A stretch of DNA of 64,000 bases, taken from Clostridiales bacterium. GTDB lineage: Bacteria > Bacillota > Clostridia > Oscillospirales > CAG-272. This document shows, piece by piece, positions 1 to 8,931 of the stretch. The DNA lies in contig JAJQCT010000032.1 of assembly GCA_021202555.1 (NCBI GenBank), positions 66,299 through 130,298 of the forward strand, in the 5' to 3' direction. The stretch's first letter is position 1, and each line of letters starts with the position of its first letter. The position numbers and the translations under genes are program-made. The notes under the pieces are model-generated. The model saw only the letters and a list, made by a program, of their open reading frames with translations, made no database searches and had not been told where the DNA came from.

Positions 1-62
1 ATTCCATGTGATAATGCGGTAATATGCCGTACTAATACAGCGTAAAGAGAGGAAAAAGCGAA

Positions 63-2030
63 ATGAGATCGAATTACGCATCGCACAAAAACGAAAAATT
101 CTATCTTACAACGGCGATAGCATATGCGTCAAGGAAGCCGCATTTCGGAAACACATACGAAATCATCATGTCGGACGCGGTCGCCCGCTTTCGCCGGCAG
201 ATAGGCTCCGATGTATTCTTCTGCACCGGAACGGACGAGCACGGCGAGAAAATAGAGCGTCAGGCGAAGGAGAGCGGAATCACGCCGAAGCAGCACGTTG
301 ACAGCGTATCCGCCGAGGTTAAGACAATCTGGGACAGGATGAACGCAAGCTACGATTACTTTATCCGCACAACGGATGAAAATCACGTAAAAGCCGTCTC
401 CGAAATATTCCGAAAAATGTACGACAAGGGCGACATCTACAAAAGCTCATATGAGGGCTGGTACTGCGTTTCCTGCGAGAGCTTCTTCACCGACACGCAG
501 GCGGCGGACGGCAAATGCCCCGACTGCGGAGGCGCAGTCGAGCGCCGCTCGGAGGAGGCGTATTTCTTCCGCATGAGCAAATACGCGCCCGCGCTCATAA
601 AGCATATAGAGGAAAACCCCGGATTTATCGAGCCGGAGGCGCGCAAAAAGGAAATGCTCAACAATTTCCTCTACCCGGGACTTCAGGATCTCTGCGTGTC
701 GCGCTCGTCCTTCACATGGGGCATTCCCGTCACCTTTGACGACAAGCACGTAATTTACGTCTGGCTCGACGCGCTTTCAAACTATATAACGGCTCTCGGC
801 TACGACCCCGCAAACGCGGAGCAGCCCGAACGCTTCAATAAATACTGGCCTGCGAACGTCCATATCATAGGCAAGGACATTCTTCGCTTCCACACAATAT
901 ACTGGCCTATATTCTTGATGTCGATGGGACTTTCGCTGCCCGAAAAGGTATTCGGTCATCCGTGGTTCAATTTCGGCTACGAGAAGATGTCAAAATCAAA
1001 GGGCAACGTCATTTACGCCGACAATATGGCTGACAAAATCGGCACGGACGGCGTGAGATATTACGCCCTCTCCGAGATGCCCTACGCCGCCGACGGAAAC
1101 ATCACGTGGGAATCCGTCGTCGAGCGGTATAACACCGACCTTGCCAACATTCTCGGCAATCTCGTGAGCCGCACAATTTCAATGACCGTGAAATATTTTG
1201 ACGGCACAGTCCCCGCACCCGCGGGAGAGGAGACGGAGACTGACAAATCGCTCAAGGCGTGCGCACTTTTGGCAGTTGACGCCGTATACGAGAGCATGAT
1301 GACGTATCACGTCGCCGACGCTGTTGACGCGATATTCTCGGCGCTTCGCCGCGCGAACAAATATATAGACGAAACCTTGCCGTGGTCGCTTGCAAAGGGC
1401 GGCGAGGAGGACCGCGCGCGCCTTTCGTCGGTGATTTATAATCTCCTTGAAACGATAAGAATATCGGCGGTGCTTCTCTTCCCCTTCATGCCCGAGTCAT
1501 CGGAAAAGATAGTTTCAATGCTCGGAACGAAGAATACGGATTACGACGCGCTTGAAGCGTTCGGCGGGCTTGAGGTCGGCACGAAGGTCACGCAGGCGCC
1601 CCCGCTTTTCGCGCGCCTTGATGAGCAAAAATTCCTTGACGAGGTCAAAGCGGAGCGCGAAAAAAATGCAGGCTCGGAGGCGGCGAGCGCGCCGCATGAA
1701 GATAAGCTCCCCGAAATTACAATTGACGACTTTTCGTCAGTCGAGCTGCGCACGGCGCAGGTTTTATCCTGCGAAAAGCTTCCGAAGGCGAAAAAGCTCT
1801 TAAAGCTCACCCTCGACCTCGGATATGAAAAGCGCACAGTCGTTTCGGGAATCGCAAAATGGTATTCGCCCGACGACCTTGTCAGAAAGAAGGTCATTGT
1901 TGTCGCAAATCTGAAGCCGGCGAAGCTCTGCGGGGAGATGTCGGAGGGAATGATTTTAGCGTCGGGAGAGGATGACGTCCGCGTCGTATTCCTCGGGGAT
2001 GATACTCCGCTCGGCGAGCGCATAAGATAA
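63..2030 (+). CDS. metG: methionyl-tRNA synthetase with C-terminal tRNA-binding domain
   Basis: 655-aa ORF. KMSKS motif (EKMSKSKGN). Zinc knuckle CVSC..CPDC. C-terminal Trbp111/EMAP-like tail (VVANLKPAKLCGEMSEGMILA). GAGAGG RBS upstream. Confidence 0.92.
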   Translation: MRSNYASHKNEKFYLTTAIAYASRKPHFGNTYEIIMSDAVARFRRQIGSDVFFCTGTDEHGEKIERQAKESGITPKQHVDSVSAEVKTIWDRMNASYDYFIRTTDENHVKAVSEIFRKMYDKGDIYKSSYEGWYCVSCESFFTDTQAADGKCPDCGGAVERRSEEAYFFRMSKYAPALIKHIEENPGFIEPEARKKEMLNNFLYPGLQDLCVSRSSFTWGIPVTFDDKHVIYVWLDALSNYITALGYDPANAEQPERFNKYWPANVHIIGKDILRFHTIYWPIFLMSMGLSLPEKVFGHPWFNFGYEKMSKSKGNVIYADNMADKIGTDGVRYYALSEMPYAADGNITWESVVERYNTDLANILGNLVSRTISMTVKYFDGTVPAPAGEETETDKSLKACALLAVDAVYESMMTYHVADAVDAIFSALRRANKYIDETLPWSLAKGGEEDRARLSSVIYNLLETIRISAVLLFPFMPESSEKIVSMLGTKNTDYDALEAFGGLEVGTKVTQAPPLFARLDEQKFLDEVKAEREKNAGSEAASAPHEDKLPEITIDDFSSVELRTAQVLSCEKLPKAKKLLKLTLDLGYEKRTVVSGIAKWYSPDDLVRKKVIVVANLKPAKLCGEMSEGMILASGEDDVRVVFLGDDTPLGERIR

Positions 2031-2032
2031 AA

Positions 2033-2872
2033 ATGAGGCTCCTTGACGCTCACGCGCATTACGACGACGAGCGATTCGGGTCTGAATACGAGGGCGGATA
2101 TATAAAGGCTCTCGCCGACGCGAAGCGCGCGGGTGTCGATATTATAATAAACGCGGGCTCGACGCTTGAATCGTCCGAAAAAAGCCTAAAAATCGCCTCT
2201 CACACGCCAGGACAGGTGGAATTGCCCGATGGTATACCCGAAGGACTGCCCACTATATTTGCCTGCGTCGGCGTTCATCCGACGGAAACACAAAAATACC
2301 CCGACATCGACGCTGCAATCGACAAGGTTCGCCTTATGTGCGAGAACCCGCTTGCAGTCGCCGTCGGCGAGATAGGGCTTGACTATCACTATCCCGACAC
2401 TCAAAGGGAAAGACAGCGCGAATTTTTCCGCCGGCAGCTCGCGCTTGCAAGGGAGCTTTCGCTCCCCGCCGTCGTTCATTCGCGCGACGCGACGGAGGAC
2501 ACGCTTGAAATTTTAAGGGATTTTGAGGGCGAGCGAATTATGCTGCACTGCTTTTCGGGCAGCGCTGAGACCGCGAGGGAATATTCAAGGCTCGGCTTTT
2601 ACTTTTCGTTCGGCGGCGTTCTGACGTTCAAAAACGCGAAAAAGGCGCGCCTTGCGGCAGCGTCGATTCCGAGGGATAGGCTCATGCTTGAAACTGACTG
2701 TCCCTATATGGCGCCCACACCGCACAGGGGCGAGATTAACAGCTCGCGCTATCTTCCGATAACAGCAAATGCCTTGGGAGAGGTGCTCGGCACCGACGGG
2801 GAGGACGCGGCGGCGCTCACATATGAAAACGGCTTGACTTTTTTCGATTTGTGTGGTAAAATAAGACGTTGA
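2033..2872 (+). CDS. tatD: TatD-family metal-dependent DNase/hydrolase
   Basis: Starts MRLLDAHAHYDD. Contains VGEIGLDYHY and ETDCPYMAP motifs. Standard position after metG. Confidence 0.88.
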   Translation: MRLLDAHAHYDDERFGSEYEGGYIKALADAKRAGVDIIINAGSTLESSEKSLKIASHTPGQVELPDGIPEGLPTIFACVGVHPTETQKYPDIDAAIDKVRLMCENPLAVAVGEIGLDYHYPDTQRERQREFFRRQLALARELSLPAVVHSRDATEDTLEILRDFEGERIMLHCFSGSAETAREYSRLGFYFSFGGVLTFKNAKKARLAAASIPRDRLMLETDCPYMAPTPHRGEINSSRYLPITANALGEVLGTDGEDAAALTYENGLTFFDLCGKIRR

Positions 2873-2890
2873 GGAATGAATCCAACGTCT
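2864..2890 (+). terminator. hairpin whose left arm contains the tatD stop codon (AGACGTTG-N11-CAACGTCT)
   Basis: 8-bp inverted repeat read directly. The TGA at 2870-2872 lies inside the left arm. Confidence 0.4.
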
Positions 2891-2970
2891 GTTACAGCAT
2901 TCAAAATCATGTCCTTTGACATCACGGCATCCCTATTGAAGCAAATTCATTTGATTACGGAAGATAACTG

Positions 2971-3099
2971 AAGGAGGAGAAAGTTTGAAAGATAAATCTT
3001 TCAAACTCCTCGTTTTGTGTCTTTCGTCGCACAAAAGGCAGTGCGACGAAAGACACAATTCCGAACGAAAGGAAGCTTTCGCTTACGCGAAAGTCATGG
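2971..3099 (+). repeat. type-3 modular hairpin leader, copy 1 (inverted partner at 11653-11802)
   Basis: Shares about 48 nt on the left (AAGTTTGAAAGATAAATCTTTCAAACTCC.CGTTTTGTGTC) and about 46 nt on the right (GACACAATTCCGAA.GAAAGGAAGCTTTCGC..ACGCGAAAGTCATGG) with the rarA-proximal copy. The central palindrome differs. Confidence 0.85.
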
Positions 3100-3109
3100 T
3101 AATAATTGA

Positions 3110-4426
3110 ATGTACGGTATCGGACCGAGAGAAGAACAGAAAAAGGAAAAACAGATAATAAGGCAGTTTACGCCGCGCTTCGTGACGGTGACGGTTGCTC
3201 TCGTCGCGCTTATTATAATCGGCGTATACTTTGTCGGCGCGGGAATGCGCGCGGACGCGGCAGCGGCGGAATCGACGCTTTCCGACGGAATAATCGAGGT
3301 ATCATATGCTGACGGCGGCACAGGGGCGGTCACATACGGCACCGTCGGCGAGCGGGAGACGGAGACGGATGACGAGGCGGCTTTAATTGACAACAGCCAG
3401 ACCGTAAACCCCGCAGAGGATTTTCTGACAGTATCGCGCATAGCGCAGCGCCTGGCGTCGGCAATTGAAATCGCGGAGGTCACGACCGAAAAGGAAACCG
3501 AGGCTGAAACGACGACAAAGGCGGAAACAACGACCGAAGCGGAGACTACAACAAAAGCCGAAACAACAACAAAAGCGGAGACGACGACCGAAGCCGAAAC
3601 AACCACAAAGGCGGAGACGACGACAGAGACAGCGGATGAGGCATCGGGCGACGATGCGTCGGATGAGGTCAGCTCGACTGTGACCTCCTCATCAACGACG
3701 ACGCAGGGCAACGTCTACATAGACGGCACGCTTGCCGCGTCATTCTGCGCAATATATATCGACTCGACCGCATACGTTCCCGTTGACAGCTTCGTTGAAG
3801 CGATTGATTCGGACGCAACGGCATCGTGGAGCGGAGCTAAGACGATTGAAATATCGGCAAACGGTCTTTACGCGACGGTAACGAGCGGGAATATTTACAT
3901 AACGGCGAACGACAGAGCGCTGCCCTGCTACGGCACGGTGTACATATCAGACGGGATAATGTGGGCGCCGGTGAGCGTGCTTGCTAAGATGTTCTCATCG
4001 ACCGTCACAACGAGCGGAAACGACGTCTATGTCGGCGCGAAGGGAGATTATCTTGCCTCGGCGGACGAATTTTACGACGAGGACGATTTATATTACCTCT
4101 CGCACATAATCGGCGCGGAGAGCGGCTCCGAATCGTTTGAGGGAAAGCTCGCAGTCGCGGCGGTCATAATGAACCGCGTTGACAGCTCGAAATTCCCGAA
4201 CACGATTTACGGGGTACTGACGCAGGCGGGGCAGTTCACGCCTATGTCTACCGGCTCATACAAGAAAACGCCGAACACCGCGAGCGTAATCGCGGCGAAA
4301 ATGACGCTTGAGGGCTATAGATACGACACAAAGCCCCTTTACTTCTCGGGAGATTACGAGTCGGGATGGATTTCATCGGGGCACACATACCTATACAAAA
4401 TAGGCTCGCACTATTTTTACTCGTAA
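3110..4426 (+). CDS. membrane-anchored SleB/CwlJ-type cell-wall hydrolase with Thr/Glu repeat linker and copper-amine-oxidase-N-like stalk domain
   Basis: N-terminal TM segment (VTVALVALIIIGVYFVGAG). AETTT[KE] repeats. C-terminal Hydrolase_2-like block (GKLAVAAVIMNRVDSSKFPNTIYGVLTQAGQFTP). Confidence 0.75.
   Translation: MYGIGPREEQKKEKQIIRQFTPRFVTVTVALVALIIIGVYFVGAGMRADAAAAESTLSDGIIEVSYADGGTGAVTYGTVGERETETDDEAALIDNSQTVNPAEDFLTVSRIAQRLASAIEIAEVTTEKETEAETTTKAETTTEAETTTKAETTTKAETTTEAETTTKAETTTETADEASGDDASDEVSSTVTSSSTTTQGNVYIDGTLAASFCAIYIDSTAYVPVDSFVEAIDSDATASWSGAKTIEISANGLYATVTSGNIYITANDRALPCYGTVYISDGIMWAPVSVLAKMFSSTVTTSGNDVYVGAKGDYLASADEFYDEDDLYYLSHIIGAESGSESFEGKLAVAAVIMNRVDSSKFPNTIYGVLTQAGQFTPMSTGSYKKTPNTASVIAAKMTLEGYRYDTKPLYFSGDYESGWISSGHTYLYKIGSHYFYS
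3503..3628 (+). repeat. in-frame 18-nt tandem repeat, about 7 units, encoding AETTT[K/E]
   Basis: Read from translation residues 132-173 of the 3110 ORF and from the nucleotide periodicity. Confidence 0.9.
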
Positions 4427-4436
4427 CGACAAATTC

Positions 4437-4470
4437 GGGGCTGCCGTGACCGCGGCAGCCTCACTTTAAT
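4437..4470 (+). terminator. intrinsic terminator-like hairpin after the hydrolase gene
   Basis: GGCTGCCG-N6-CGGCAGCC followed by a T-rich tract. Confidence 0.5.
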
Positions 4471-4488
4471 TTCGGGAGAGAATTCTTT

Positions 4489-5868
4489 ATGAAGGATAAG
4501 CCCACCGCCGCCGTTCTGACGCTCGGCTGCAAGGTAAATCAATACGAAAGCGTTGCCCTCACCGAGCGGCTCGCGGCGCTCGGATTTGAAATCGTCGGCG
4601 GCGATGATGCTGCCGACGTATACATTGTGAATACGTGCGCCGTGACGGCGGAGGCGGAGCGCAAAAGCCGCAATCTCGCGCGCCGCTGTATCCGCCGCAA
4701 TCCGTCCGCCTCCGTAATTGTCATGGGCTGCGCGTCGGAAACCTCGCCCGAGGAAATGGCGAAAATCGAGGGAGTACGCCACGTTTTCGGCACGAAGGAT
4801 AAGCTTTCCGCCGCCAATGTGGCGGCTGCCGATGTGGCGGCTGCCGAGGTGACATCCGAAAAGAGCGATAACAAGGGCGCGGCGGTGATTCACGTAAATG
4901 AAGGCGAGGTCGCCGCGCTGAAAAAAATCGAGCCGATGAAAATCACCTCATCGCCCCGAACGCGCGCATACGTTAAAATCTGCGACGGGTGCGGCGGGAA
5001 GTGTGCGTACTGCATAATTCCGAGAGCGAGAGGTCCCGTGCGCTCGCGTATGACAGGCGATATAATCGACGAGGTGCGCGGGCTTGCTGCGGCAGGCGTG
5101 CGCGAGGTCGTGTTCACGGGAATCGAAACCGCCGATTTCGGGCGCGACACGGGCGAGGATTTGATTTCGCTTCTTGCTGCCGCGTCGGATATAGACGGTC
5201 TTGACCGCATTCGCTTAAGCTCGCTCGAGCCGACGATTTTCACGCCCGAATTTGCCGCCGCCGTTGCGAAAATTCCGAAAATCGCGCCGCATTTTCACGT
5301 TTCGCTTCAAAGCGGATGCGACAGAACGCTTCACGCGATGAGGCGCAGATACGGCACCGAAAGAGTGCTCGAAAATATTGCTTTTCTGCGCGAAAAAATC
5401 CCCGATCTCATGCTCTCCGCCGACATGATTGTGGGCTTTCCGGGGGAGACGGAGGAGGATTTTGCGGAAACGCTTGAATTTATAAAGCGCTTTCGCCCGC
5501 TTCATCTTCATGTTTTCCCGTTTTCAAGGCGTCGCGGCACCGTCGCCGATACGATGGAAAATCAGGTGACGGAGACGGTGAAGCATGAGCGCTCGGCGCG
5601 GCTGATTTCGCTCGGCGAGCGTATGCGCGATGAGGAAATCGCGTCATATCTTGAAAGGACGGAGGTCGCAGACGTGCTTTTTGAGGCGGACGCCTCGGGA
5701 ATGCACTCGGGACACACGGAAAACTTCATCGAGGTGCGCACCGCGCCGACGGGTGCGAGCGTCACGGGGCAGATTCTTCCCGTAAAGCTCGAATGCGCCC
5801 GGGATGGTGTCGTTTACGGGAGGGCGCTGATTCCCGATTCTGGCGCAAATTGTCGCAAAAATTCATAA
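4489..5868 (+). CDS. mtaB: radical-SAM methylthiotransferase, MtaB-like (tRNA t6A37)
   Basis: N-terminal UPF0004 domain (VLTLGCKVNQYES). CxxxCxxC (CDGCGGKCAYC). C-terminal TRAM-like region. Confidence 0.8.
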   Translation: MKDKPTAAVLTLGCKVNQYESVALTERLAALGFEIVGGDDAADVYIVNTCAVTAEAERKSRNLARRCIRRNPSASVIVMGCASETSPEEMAKIEGVRHVFGTKDKLSAANVAAADVAAAEVTSEKSDNKGAAVIHVNEGEVAALKKIEPMKITSSPRTRAYVKICDGCGGKCAYCIIPRARGPVRSRMTGDIIDEVRGLAAAGVREVVFTGIETADFGRDTGEDLISLLAAASDIDGLDRIRLSSLEPTIFTPEFAAAVAKIPKIAPHFHVSLQSGCDRTLHAMRRRYGTERVLENIAFLREKIPDLMLSADMIVGFPGETEEDFAETLEFIKRFRPLHLHVFPFSRRRGTVADTMENQVTETVKHERSARLISLGERMRDEEIASYLERTEVADVLFEADASGMHSGHTENFIEVRTAPTGASVTGQILPVKLECARDGVVYGRALIPDSGANCRKNS

Positions 5869-5876
5869 ATTTACTC

Positions 5877-5906
5877 TTGACATGGGCGCGGAGAATGAGT
5901 TATAAT
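5877..5906 (+). promoter_or_regulatory. sigma-A-type promoter (TTGACA-18-TATAAT)
   Basis: TTGACA at 5877-5882 and TATAAT at 5901-5906, upstream of the 5945 ORF. Confidence 0.55.
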
Positions 5907-5944
5907 AGAGCATGGTTATTATGGGTAAAGAGAGGAGACGTACA

Positions 5945-6235
5945 ATGGCTGAAAAAGCGGTGGGAAAGCACCTTGAATACAAGGGCAAGCCTCTTGTGCG
6001 GGGCGAAAACAGAATTTACTACGGAAACATGAGCGACGATTACGTTCTTCTTCTGGTTGTCATGTCAACGAAGGAAGAATACGGACGTGATGTTCCCGAT
6101 ATGATTATAGTGCAGATACTTTCCACAAAGGATAATCTGAAAATCGTGAAGCAGGATGTCAAGCAGGGATTTTACGACGCATTCAACACGGGCGTTATCT
6201 GGCTTGAACGGTACCTTTCCGGTTCCGGTGATTAA
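5945..6235 (+). CDS. hypothetical small protein (96 aa)
   Basis: ATG preceded by an AGAGGAG RBS. Has its own promoter and terminator. No recognisable motif. Confidence 0.55.
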   Translation: MAEKAVGKHLEYKGKPLVRGENRIYYGNMSDDYVLLLVVMSTKEEYGRDVPDMIIVQILSTKDNLKIVKQDVKQGFYDAFNTGVIWLERYLSGSGD

Positions 6236-6282
6236 CGCTTTTGCAAAATTTGCGGCTGCGAATGTGCCTTATACTTTATACT

Positions 6283-6324
6283 AAAAAAATCCGCCTCGGG
6301 TTTCACCCGAGGCGGATTTTGCTT
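6283..6324. terminator. bidirectional intrinsic terminator
   Basis: A-run, then ATCCGCCTCGGG-tttca-CCCGAGGCGGAT, then T-run, between convergent genes. Confidence 0.8.
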
Positions 6325-6350
6325 TGCCGTTTACTTTTCACTTTTCACTA

Positions 6351-8657
6351 TTATCTTTTCTTTTTGGATACTCCTGTCACGACGAGCGCCGCACCCGATA
6401 CGATCGCGAGAATCGACAGCGATGCTATCGCATATCCCGTCTGCGGGGATACAGGCTCATCCGGCACGGTTGACGTAGATGCCAATGTATACGCATATGA
6501 TACGGTTGAAAGATTGACATTTTCACCTGTGAGGTGAACTGTCAGGTCAGCGTCCTCAAATTCCGCCACATACGCATTTGCCGTGAACATCTTGCCGCCG
6601 CACTGACATATAATTGTGATATTCGCGCCGTCCTTTTCAACCGTTACGGTGCATTCACTGCCCGCCGCCATCGCCGCGTTCCACTCTGCCCATTCGTCCT
6701 CTGTAAGTCCGTCGCCGAACGTGATTGTATCGGATGTGTCCGTCTGATTGGCAATCCAGCCGTAGTTGTCCGCTCTCACCGTCACATAAACGCCGTCGCC
6801 GTTATACACTTCAACGACGAAGTTGTCCCAGTTGTTTGAGCCGCTCGAGGTGTTCGTGAACGAATATGTGAGCGAGAAATCGTCATTGAACGTGAGCGTT
6901 CCGGTTGACGCGCCCGCGAATGTGCTGATTACAACATCGTCTGCCGTGCCCGTTACGGTGCTTGATGTATCAGGAGCGGTGGTGGTGTCGTCCGCTGCTG
7001 TTGTGTCATCGGCGGTGGTTGTATCGTCAGCCGTCGTCGTATCGTCAGCGGTGGTTGTATCATCCGCTGTTGTAGTATCGTCTGCTGTCGTTGTATCATC
7101 AGCCGCTGTGGTGTCGTCGGGTTCATCCGTTCTGACCGTGTACGCTACCCACGTTATAGTTCCGCCGTAATCCTGCAGCATTACGTCGTCCGTCCATGTG
7201 TCGTTGCCCGCGGGATAGTATGCGATAGCGGTAACATTGTAGAACACTTTATCACCTATGCTCGGAGCATCCCCTTCAAAGGTGATTTCCGTCAGACCAC
7301 TGTAACCGAATGCATAATTACCTATAGTTATCACACTGTCGGGTATTACTAAGCTCGTCAGACTCGTGCAATTTCTGAACGCAGAACCGGCTATTTCAGT
7401 TACGCTGTCGGGTATCGTTACATTTGTCAGATTTGAACAATAAGAGAATGCACTATCACCTATCAACGTCAAGCTGTCGGGCAATGATACGCTTGTCAAG
7501 TTTCCACAGATATAAAACTCTCCGATCGACGTAACGCCGTCCTCAATAACAACGCTTTTAACCAGGCTTGCGCCGCCATACCACGGAATGCCTAGGGCAA
7601 GCTCATAGCTGGGAATCTCCCCCTCGCCGCTTATCGTGAGCGTCCCGTCGACAAGCGTCCATGTTAAATCCTTGCCGCAGGAGCCGCTCACAGGGTACGA
7701 CGTCCACGTTATCGACCCGCCGTAATTCTGCATTACATCATCCGTCCATGTGTCGTTGTCCGCGGGATAATAAGCGGTTGCGCAAACGTCATAGAAAGTA
7801 TCCTGTCCAATGCTCGGCGCATCACCTTCAAAGATGATTTCTGTCAGACCTGTGCAGCCGGAGAAAACTTCCCAGCTTATCTCTGTTACACTGGCAGGGA
7901 TTGATATTCTGTATAGGCTTTTGCAGTTAGCGAATGACCACACACTTATGAACGTCACGCTGTCGGGTATTGTTACGTTTGCAAGGCTCGTGCAGCCCTC
8001 GAACGCTTCGCGGAGTATTTTCGTTACGCCGTTGCCGATTGTGGCACTTGTCAGGTTCGAGCATCCAAAGAACGCACTTTCGCTTATCGACATTATGCTG
8101 CCCGGAATTGTTATACCCGTCAGGTTTGTACAGTTGGAAAACGCAGAATTGGCAATGCCGACCGTACCGGATTTTATCGTATAATCGCCGGAAACAACAT
8201 CTTTGTCCGCTGCTATCAGCCAGTTATCAATGTAGAGAACTCCGTCCTCCCAGTTGTTCTCGTCATTATAGTATGCCGTAGTGACGAACACACCGCCGCC
8301 TATCGTTGTTACGCTGTCGGGGATTGTTACACTCGTGAGGCTTGTGCAGTCGTAAAACGCATTACTCCCTATCGTCGCTACACCATCCTCAACGACAACG
8401 CTTGTAATCACGCTTGCACTGTCATACCATGGAGTGTCTCCAGGGAAGTACTCGTTCATCATACCCTCGCCGCTGATGGTAAGCGTACCGTCGCTCGTGA
8501 GTGTCCACGTGAGATTGTCACCATAAGCTCCACACGTGCCGCTGTCGGTGACTGTCGAATCCTCCGCGCTCATGGATAGTGTCGACGCGAAAATTACGCC
8601 GATACACAGTACAAGCGCTAAAGTCAAGCTGAAAATAAGCTTCTTTTTGGTTTTCAT
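6351..8657 (-). CDS. BspA-type leucine-rich-repeat surface protein with sortase sorting signal
   Basis: Signal peptide (MKTKKKLIFSLTLALVLCIGV). Two LRR blocks (repeated IPDSVT.IG..AF..C..L). ADDTTT repeats. C-terminal SPQTG, then a hydrophobic stretch, then KKKR. Start chosen at the second Met, which has a GGAGGG RBS. Confidence 0.8.
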   Translation of the reverse strand: MKTKKKLIFSLTLALVLCIGVIFASTLSMSAEDSTVTDSGTCGAYGDNLTWTLTSDGTLTISGEGMMNEYFPGDTPWYDSASVITSVVVEDGVATIGSNAFYDCTSLTSVTIPDSVTTIGGGVFVTTAYYNDENNWEDGVLYIDNWLIAADKDVVSGDYTIKSGTVGIANSAFSNCTNLTGITIPGSIMSISESAFFGCSNLTSATIGNGVTKILREAFEGCTSLANVTIPDSVTFISVWSFANCKSLYRISIPASVTEISWEVFSGCTGLTEIIFEGDAPSIGQDTFYDVCATAYYPADNDTWTDDVMQNYGGSITWTSYPVSGSCGKDLTWTLVDGTLTISGEGEIPSYELALGIPWYGGASLVKSVVIEDGVTSIGEFYICGNLTSVSLPDSLTLIGDSAFSYCSNLTNVTIPDSVTEIAGSAFRNCTSLTSLVIPDSVITIGNYAFGYSGLTEITFEGDAPSIGDKVFYNVTAIAYYPAGNDTWTDDVMLQDYGGTITWVAYTVRTDEPDDTTAADDTTTADDTTTADDTTTADDTTTADDTTTADDTTAADDTTTAPDTSSTVTGTADDVVISTFAGASTGTLTFNDDFSLTYSFTNTSSGSNNWDNFVVEVYNGDGVYVTVRADNYGWIANQTDTSDTITFGDGLTEDEWAEWNAAMAAGSECTVTVEKDGANITIICQCGGKMFTANAYVAEFEDADLTVHLTGENVNLSTVSYAYTLASTSTVPDEPVSPQTGYAIASLSILAIVSGAALVVTGVSKKKR
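6972..7119 (-). repeat. in-frame 18-nt tandem repeat, about 8 units, encoding ADDTT[T/A]
   Basis: Periodic GTnGTnGTATCGTCAGCn on the + strand; translation DDTTTADDTTTA... Confidence 0.9.
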
Positions 8658-8742
8658 AAAAACCGCCTTTCCCTCCCCGCAGTCTGCGCGGGGAAAATCG
8701 CCTTTCGGCATAAGATTTTATGTGAAATGTTAAAAGAGCTTT

Positions 8743-8770
8743 TCGGTCAAAAAGTATACTTTTTGACCGA
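8743..8770. repeat. 28-bp perfect palindrome TCGGTCAAAAAGTA|TACTTTTTGACCGA
   Basis: Read directly. Part of an approximately 60-bp module that is duplicated at 8872-8932. Confidence 0.9.
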
Positions 8771-8895
8771 TAGCGCCGAATGTCAAAAAGGTAACCGCAG
8801 AGAAAACAAAATGTGAATTTTATGTAAAATACGTGGCGATTGCTTGATTTTTCCGACTTAATCTGCTAAAATATTTTATGTAATGGAAAAGGTGC

Positions 8896-8931
8896 GGCAT
8901 CGGTCAAAAAGTATACTTTTTGACCGATGCC
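8896..8931. repeat. 36-bp perfect palindrome GGCATCGGTCAAAAAGTA|TACTTTTTGACCGATGCC
   Basis: Read directly. Followed by GTTTGCTTTT, so it could also act as a terminator. Confidence 0.9.

Noticed and set aside
3094-3711. 205-aa antisense ORF with VVVSAF repeats (similarly 6823-7170 +)
   Set aside because: It is a mirror image of the in-frame Thr-rich tandem repeats on the coding strand. Repeat periodicity keeps the antisense frame open.
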